From assembly GCA_965153355.1 (NCBI GenBank), contig OZ231126.1, positions 42,160,001-42,224,000 of the forward strand: 64,000 bases of DNA, in the 5' to 3' direction. Below the pieces are notes generated by a model, which ran no database searches, had not been told where the DNA came from, and saw nothing but the letters and a program-made list of their open reading frames with translations. Positions 58,021-64,000 of this stretch are shown here, piece by piece (positions within the stretch are counted from its first letter, which is position 1; every line of letters starts with the position of its first letter). This DNA is from Flaccisagitta enflata. Its lineage: Eukaryota. The position numbers and the translations under genes are program-made.

Positions 58021-58051
58021 TGGTGTTTGCCTCTGGCGGCTTCTCACAATG

Positions 58052-58785
58052 CACTATGTTCTGAGAGCGACTCAAAATTGGACAAAAATCATCTGATAGA
58101 TTTCTTATGTTTTAATGTTGTAAAATTACATATTATATATAAAAAATAATATTTTTTTTATTTTTTGCCTTTTTTGTTATTTTTTTTTAATAGAAAATCA
58201 CAAGAATAACCAAAATGACTAAGATACCTGATATGATTAAAATGACTAAAATGATTAAAATGATTAAATTAACTAAAATGACCAAAATGACTTAGATGAC
58301 CAAAGTGACTAAAATGACCCAAATCACAAAAAATCACAAAAAAACACAAAAATGACAAAAATGACAAAAATTAAAAAAAAATGACAAAAATGACAAAAAA
58401 TGATAAAAAATGACAAAAATGACAAAAATGACAAAAAATGACAAAAATGACAAAAATGACAAAAATGACAAAAATGAAAATAAATGACAAAAAATGACAA
58501 AAAATGATAAAAATGACAAAAATGACAAAAATGACGAAAATGACGAAAATGACAAAAATGACAAAAAATGAAAATAAATGACAAAAAATGACAAAAATGA
58601 CAAAAATGACAAAAAATGACAAAAAATGACAAAAAATGACAAAAAATGACAAAAAAATGACAAAAATGACTAAAAAGGAAATAAATAATATTTTTTCGAA
58701 ATAATATATAAATTTACAGTATTATAACATAATAAATCCATCAGATAAATTTTGTCCAATTTTGAGTCACTCTCAGAACAAAGTG
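58052..58785. mobile_element. Transib/RAG-like MITE with RSS-like TIRs, nested in the large transposon
   Basis: ~46-bp TIRs starting CACTATG and CACTTTG. 5-bp TSD CAATG at 58047-58051 and 58786-58790. The interior is largely an (AAAATGAC)n-like minisatellite. Confidence 0.88.
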
Positions 58786-60530
58786 CAATGAGGCCAAGTC
58801 AGAGGTTCCTTTACACTCGATATTTTTGGGCCATTGTTGCTTGACAACAGTGTTTTTTGGAACACGTATGATGCTCCGCTCGCCTTCGGAATTCGTACGG
58901 AAGCTTCTCCGGTGGCGGCGGCGGCGGCGGTGTGAAAATGTCCGCTCGCCGGCCGCGCCGTTTGATGATAAACGCGGATCTCTATAGGCTGTCCAGCCGG
59001 GCCGTTCGTCGTTCGAATATCGGTGTAAAATGCGAGAAATCCGGGTCTCTAGCAAGCCGCAAAACAGTCACGATATGGATGTTACGCGCGCGCGATTCGG
59101 CACTTGATAAGTAGGGGTAAAATCGGTAATAAGGATGTAAAGAAAGCCAACAAGACAAAAATGCGGATACTCCCTCAAAACCTTATCAAAATGAGCGCAA
59201 AAATGAGTACAAAAATGGGCATGAAAATGAGCATGAAAATGGATATGAAAATGAGCACGAAAATGACAAATAACAATGATATCTAGATGATAATTCATGA
59301 GCGCCTCCAATATTCATCTCCGGCGAGGTCATTCAAAAGACCATTCATAAGTCCGTTCACGAGGCCATTCACGAAGCTATTCACGAGGCCATTCACGAAG
59401 CTATTCACGAGGCCATTCACTAGGCCATTCATCAGTCAGCTCGTAAGGCCATTCATATAGGATGAGTCATTCGTGAGTTATTCATCTCCTCCGCCATTCA
59501 TTCATCACCTCCTTCATTCATTCTCCTCGTCCTTCATTCATTTCCCGTTCAGTCATATAAATTCATTCTCCTCCGTCATTCACGGCGTCGACCGTCCAGC
59601 ATCTTCGCGTTTGCGCTTCTCCAACGATTTTGGGGCACGAAAGCCGAGTCCGTCCAAAGTTAGCTTGGTGAAGGGTGCGCAGCATCCCCACCAGGCGTGA
59701 ACAAATTTTACACAATCGTCGAATTTTTGCTGCAGTACGCTGGGCGTGCTGCGCTGCCGCTCGAAAAACGTTTACGAATCTGGAAAAGGGGGGAAAAAAA
59801 GAATTAGTCCAATACAAAAACGGGCAGCATCCCCAACAGGCGCGAACAAATAATTGTAAAAATTTTACGCAATCGTCGATTTTTTGCTGCGGTCCGCAGC
59901 AGTACGCTGGGCGTGCTGCGCTGCCGCTGTTGCCTAATCTGCGGCGAGAGGAATTTCCGTCATTGAACAAAAGAGCAACCTTCTGGGTGTTCTTGGAAAA
60001 ATGAAATGGTCGATAGGTGTCGTATTTCGGCGTTGTCTTTTTTGTACGAAAAAGAACAATTACATGACTGTCTATTTTGTTAAAGTGGCTGTACGTTATA
60101 ATCGTTATAGTTTAGAAAACTCTGTCGCCAAAAATGGATTGCATTTTTACTAAAGTTTTTCCACAATCTAATTATAATACTTCAGATGTCTCTAACGCGG
60201 GAAAAAATGAGCATTTTGCGCAACTCTTTCGGACCATATACTTATTATATTGCGAAAACACTTTGATTTTTGGTGAGACTTAATGTTATGGCACTTTATG
60301 AAAAATCGCGAAGTAAAAGTGATATAAAAAATATATTAATGAATCCAGATTTTTTAGGCTAGCTTCAATATGATATAATTAAAATATTCCACTGTTTTCC
60401 GGCAAAATGGGTGGGATGAAATATAATTTCGATATAATGACTGTATAATTGTTATGTCATATAATTTCGTCCGCGATTGATATAATTTTTTGCTATAATT
60501 ATTAGAAAAAAAAAGTTTTTTTTGAGTGTA

Positions 60531-61717
60531 AGGGACAAAATGATATTAATAAAGATATAATTAATTTTTCAAAATGCAAGGGTATTAAAGTTCCAGAGAA
60601 TATGGGAGACCTGCCTCTGATATATTGGATACCCAAAATGCATAAGAATCCAATAGGCAGTAGATTTATTGCAGGATCCAAATTTTGTTCAATCAAGATG
60701 CTCTCAAAATACTTTTCTAAGGCTTTGAAATTAATTTTACATCATATGAAGCTATATAATAAAACAGTTTTTGAGAGGACATGTTTGAATTGTTTTTGGA
60801 TTTTGGATAACTCTTTAGAATTTTTGGAAAAAATAAAATCTGAAAGGATAAACCATATGGAAACATATGATTTTTCCACTCTATATACGGCCTTGCCTCA
60901 TGGAGAAATAAAACGTAAATTTTCAGCTATTTTTCAGAAAGTTTTTAATAGGGAGGCAAGGCCATACATAAGTGTCAATATGAATGAGGCTTATTTTAGT
61001 CCTACAAAGGCTAAAAATAAATTTTCATTCAGATCGGCAGACATGCAGGAAATTTTAGAATTTATATTGGATAATATTTATGTAAAATTTGGTGCAAATG
61101 TATATAAGCAAGTGATAGGTATTCCTATTGGTCTTGATTCTGGACAGGATATTGCTAATTTACTTTTATATAGTTATGAATCAGACTATGTGGGTGAAAT
61201 TTCTAAGGTAGATCTTCCGACAGCAAGGAAATTTAAGCTTAATGGAAGATATATTGATGATCTTTTTGTAGCTAATTTTCCAACCTTTAGGGATCATATC
61301 TATGAAATATACCCTCAAGACCTAGAAATTAAATTAGAATCTAATAATACCCAGGAAGTAACATACTTAGACTTAAAAATTAAATCGGAAAATTCTACTC
61401 TAAATTTTTCTGTCTATGATAAACGTGATGATTTCTCTTTTGATATTGTCAATTTTCCCTACATAGACAGCTGTATACCAAAGAAATCAGCCTTGGGTGT
61501 TTATTTAAGTCAATTGATAAGATATGCTAAATTGTCATCTAAATATGAAGATTTTTTACAAAGAAGCAGATCTTTGGTTGATAAACTAAAGACCCAAGGC
61601 TACAAAGAACATGATTTAAAACGACTAACTTCAAGATTTTTTAGGGAAAAACATGATATTCTAATAAAATATAATATTCCTAATACAGATGATTTTTTGA
61701 AAAATATATTTGAATAA
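60531..61717 (+). CDS. Penelope-like (Naiad-type) reverse transcriptase, 3' part (RT core and thumb, no C-terminal endonuclease)
   Basis: RT motifs IYWIPKMHKNP-SRFI, TYDFSTLYT, YKQVIGIPIG, YIDD, YLDL, VYDKRDDF. Open from 60533 (GQNDINK...) and in frame with the 50798 fragment once 51075-60530 is removed. Stop at 61715-61717 with no GIY-YIG domain following in the same ORF. Confidence 0.95.
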
Positions 61718-63042
61718 AATTTTGGTGGGAGGCTATGAGAATCTTTTGACCCACTTGTCGCAGACCATAGCCAAACACCATCTTAGTTTTAATATAGTCC
61801 CTAAATTTTGGTGAAAGGCTGTGTTTCTCTTGACCAACTTGTCGTAGTTACATAGCTGGACACCTTTTGGGAAATTTTAACACTTTTCTAAAATAATATT
61901 CATATTTTAATATAAGTGTTTCTATTTTGACCTTGTGTCGCAGATTCACTTTATCTTCTTATATAAAAAAAATATTTTTAACATATGTGTTTCTATTTTG
62001 ACCTTGTGTCACAGATTCACTTTTTCCTGAAAACAATTTTTAACTGGTGTCTAAAATGACTAAAGAAAAAAAATAATTTTTCCTATAATAAAGGATTTTG
62101 AAATTGGTTGGGAGGAAGCCATGATTTTCAATCCCATGGCCGATTCCTGATGATTTTCTTGATCTCTTCAAACCAAACAGTGGAGGGCACTTTGTTGAAG
62201 TGCGACCCGCCTGTACTTGGGTCTTGGAGGTGTATATATATGTATGTGGATACTTTTGTATGTATATATGTATATATATATGGGTCGAAACCCTTTAAGG
62301 TACAGGACTCCAACTGATGACCAGAAGCTGTATGGTTTGATAGTTTTATAAAAAAAATTTTTGGACATGTACTAAAACTTTTTTACCCTTCATGGTGACC
62401 TATCATCCCATGATATATCTTCTTTGAAGATGAAGGCCTTTTTCCCTTTAATCACTAAAAATCATAACCATAACCATATATAGTATAAATTCTCCTAAAT
62501 CCCACCCCCCTAATTAGGATAAAGGGGCTCAACTAGGGATATGGACACCTTGGTTCCCTTTTTCAATTAGGTCAACTTTAACCAAAATTGGGCTGAGTTG
62601 ATGGTCCCGATCAATGCCAGAAGACAGCTCTAACAACACCCTTTCCCTAAAATATTCATTATTTCTAAATAAAATATTTAGATATTCATTTTTAAGATAG
62701 GAAAATATGACACATTTAGTAAAAAGTATATGCCTAAGGAATTTTGTTAGTGTTTCAAAAGACCACAGATTAGGTATGTATGTGTATGTAATGGAAGCTT
62801 ACACTATATAAATGTCCATATCTTTTCCAAATTTTGTTCAATTTCTGTTTCCTTTTGATTAATTGTATGAGTTTTATATAGGATAAATTGTTGCACAAGC
62901 CACATAGTTTAGTGCCTTGGTATAGAATGTCCGGCGGTCCCATTTGGTGACTCTCGATTCTTGCCTTTAGGGCATGGTTTCTTTCAACAGTATTATAACT
63001 GTAATACAAAATATTGTAACAAATCTTTATTCCTCAACAATT

Positions 63043-64000
63043 ATGGCGAACGAAACTTTAATAAAAAAATGCAATGGGCGATCCTGTGGTACGTGTCCAT
63101 TTTTAGAAGAAAAAAATTGTTTTCATTCAAATTCTACAGGACAAAGACATAAACCTTTAACAGCAGATCAGGATTTTCTAACTTGTAAATCAGAAAATGT
63201 TATTTACATGATTTATTGTCAGGTTTGCAATATTCAATATATAGGTGAAACTAAACAAAAGTTAATAAGAAGATTTAGTAATCATAAGACTAACATAAAT
63301 GGTAAAAAGTCAGGCCAAGTTGTTCATAAACATTTTGAAGAAAGTGGCCATGGCATTTCCAATCTTAGAGTAATTCCCATAGAAAAAATAGATAAGAATA
63401 ATGTTAATTTGCGAGGCTTAAATGAAATCCAGAAGGATAAGGCAATAACTAAATACAGGCTAGAACGTGAGAAAATTTGGATTTCAAAATTGCAGACTGC
63501 TTATCCCTTTGGATTAAATATTTCTGTCAAAGGGGTCGGTGACTTTAATGTTTCCCAGGGACTGTACCAAAATTTTGAAGGACGAAAAAGGAGAAAAAAT
63601 AAAAAACATTCTAGAAGAAAACCAAAAAGGTTAAGAAATAACAATGATATATCTATGGATTTTTTAAAAAGAAAACATACTGAGCTTAGAGATAAAGATA
63701 ATTATATTCATTTCTTTAAAACCTTTTTATATGGTCTACCTAGACAACAGTTACAAACATTACAAAATAATGCAAGACAGGATAATATGATAGATGATAG
63801 ATTAAGAGATATGATAAATATGATTTCCCACCAGAAATTATTTAAACCAGTCCAAACTAATATAAAGAAGGATAGAGATTTTTATCATATTCAATTTAGA
63901 GACAAAGGACTGGATCATATCAATATAAGCCAAATACTTAGAAATAAAAGTGTCACAGATAAGATTCCAATTTATTTTACTGATAAGGAGCCTCCTATAA
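63043..64000 (+). CDS. N-terminal GIY-YIG endonuclease ORF of a second Naiad-type PLE copy (runs off the window end)
   Basis: Hand-translated with no stop from ATG 63043 to 64000: MANETLIKKCNGRSCGTCPF...TCKSENVIYMIYCQVCNIQYIGETKQKLIRRFSNHK...HKHF...RLEREKIWISKLQTAYPFGLN...FRDKGLDHINISQILRNK...IPIYF. Contains VIY/YIG motifs, CxxC plus His residues, and the R, E and GLN motifs. Confidence 0.93.
   Translation, partial: MANETLIKKCNGRSCGTCPFLEEKNCFHSNSTGQRHKPLTADQDFLTCKSENVIYMIYCQVCNIQYIGETKQKLIRRFSNHKTNINGKKSGQVVHKHFEESGHGISNLRVIPIEKIDKNNVNLRGLNEIQKDKAITKYRLEREKIWISKLQTAYPFGLNISVKGVGDFNVSQGLYQNFEGRKRRKNKKHSRRKPKRLRNNNDISMDFLKRKHTELRDKDNYIHFFKTFLYGLPRQQLQTLQNNARQDNMIDDRLRDMINMISHQKLFKPVQTNIKKDRDFYHIQFRDKGLDHINISQILRNKSVTDKIPIYFTDKEPPI

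Larger units (their letters stand above)
51075..60528. mobile_element. 9454-bp TIR DNA transposon, CMC/EnSpm(CACTA)-like, apparently non-autonomous
   Basis: Perfect 69-bp TIRs (51075-51143 and 60460-60528) starting CACTCAAAAAAAAC. TA duplicated at 51073-51074 and 60529-60530. Subterminal ATTATATCGAA-type repeats. No transposase motif recognised inside; the superfamily is inferred from the CACT ends and 2-bp TSD. Confidence 0.9.
50741..64000 (+). mobile_element. Partial-tandem Naiad/Chlamys-type Penelope-like element (5'-truncated copy followed by the start of a full copy)
   Basis: An RT-terminal ORF, a ~1.3-kb non-coding spacer, then an EN-first ORF on the same strand. This matches the pseudo-LTR/tandem layout and permuted domain order known for N-terminal EN+ PLEs. 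The left boundary is approximate. Confidence 0.85.

Noticed and set aside
57502-58149. Plus-strand ORF pair joined by selenocysteine or readthrough at TGA 57748-57750
   Set aside because: The TGA aligns with TTA and CAG in the sibling repeat units rather than with Cys, and the ORF runs into a MITE. More likely a chance open frame of a 171-bp repeat.
51075-60528. Autonomous transposase, or a giant intron of the RT gene
   Set aside because: No DDE/TnpD-like ORF recognised. The ends are TIRs with a TSD, not splice sites.
61718-62021. SECIS elements / selenoprotein-encoding Naiad
   Set aside because: No in-frame TGA in either visible PLE ORF, and the hairpins lack the consistent AUGA/GA quartet with an apical AA.
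62961-63152. 63-aa ORF from the track
   Set aside because: An out-of-frame shadow of the real GIY-YIG ORF starting at 63043.

Overview
Repeat-dense eukaryotic genomic DNA, most likely from an invertebrate animal. It is not prokaryotic, and I see no CRISPR array, rRNA or intact tRNA gene. Most entries in the ORF track are translations of micro/minisatellites. Supported content: (1) A Naiad-type Penelope-like retroelement in partial-tandem arrangement. A 5'-truncated RT copy (~50741-61717) is split by a 9454-bp CACT-ended DNA transposon (51075-60528; perfect 69-bp TIRs, TA duplication), and removing the insert restores the RT frame. After a non-coding spacer with repeated stem-loops and a hammerhead-like motif, a second copy starts with an N-terminal GIY-YIG ORF (63043 to window end) that the ORF track misses. 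(2) A nested Transib/RAG-like MITE (58052-58785) whose ends read as heptamer + 23 nt + nonamer. (3) Many DINE-1/Helentron-like non-autonomous elements and MITEs of several superfamilies, plus one tRNA-derived SINE. (4) Hand-built spliced host-gene candidates made of small exons: a small single-pass membrane protein (+, ~12.7-15.8 kb), a multi-exon orphan gene (-, ~29.3-20.07 kb, possibly with a GA-AG intron), and a weaker fragment near 3.6-5.9 kb. All gene models are inferences without transcript evidence.
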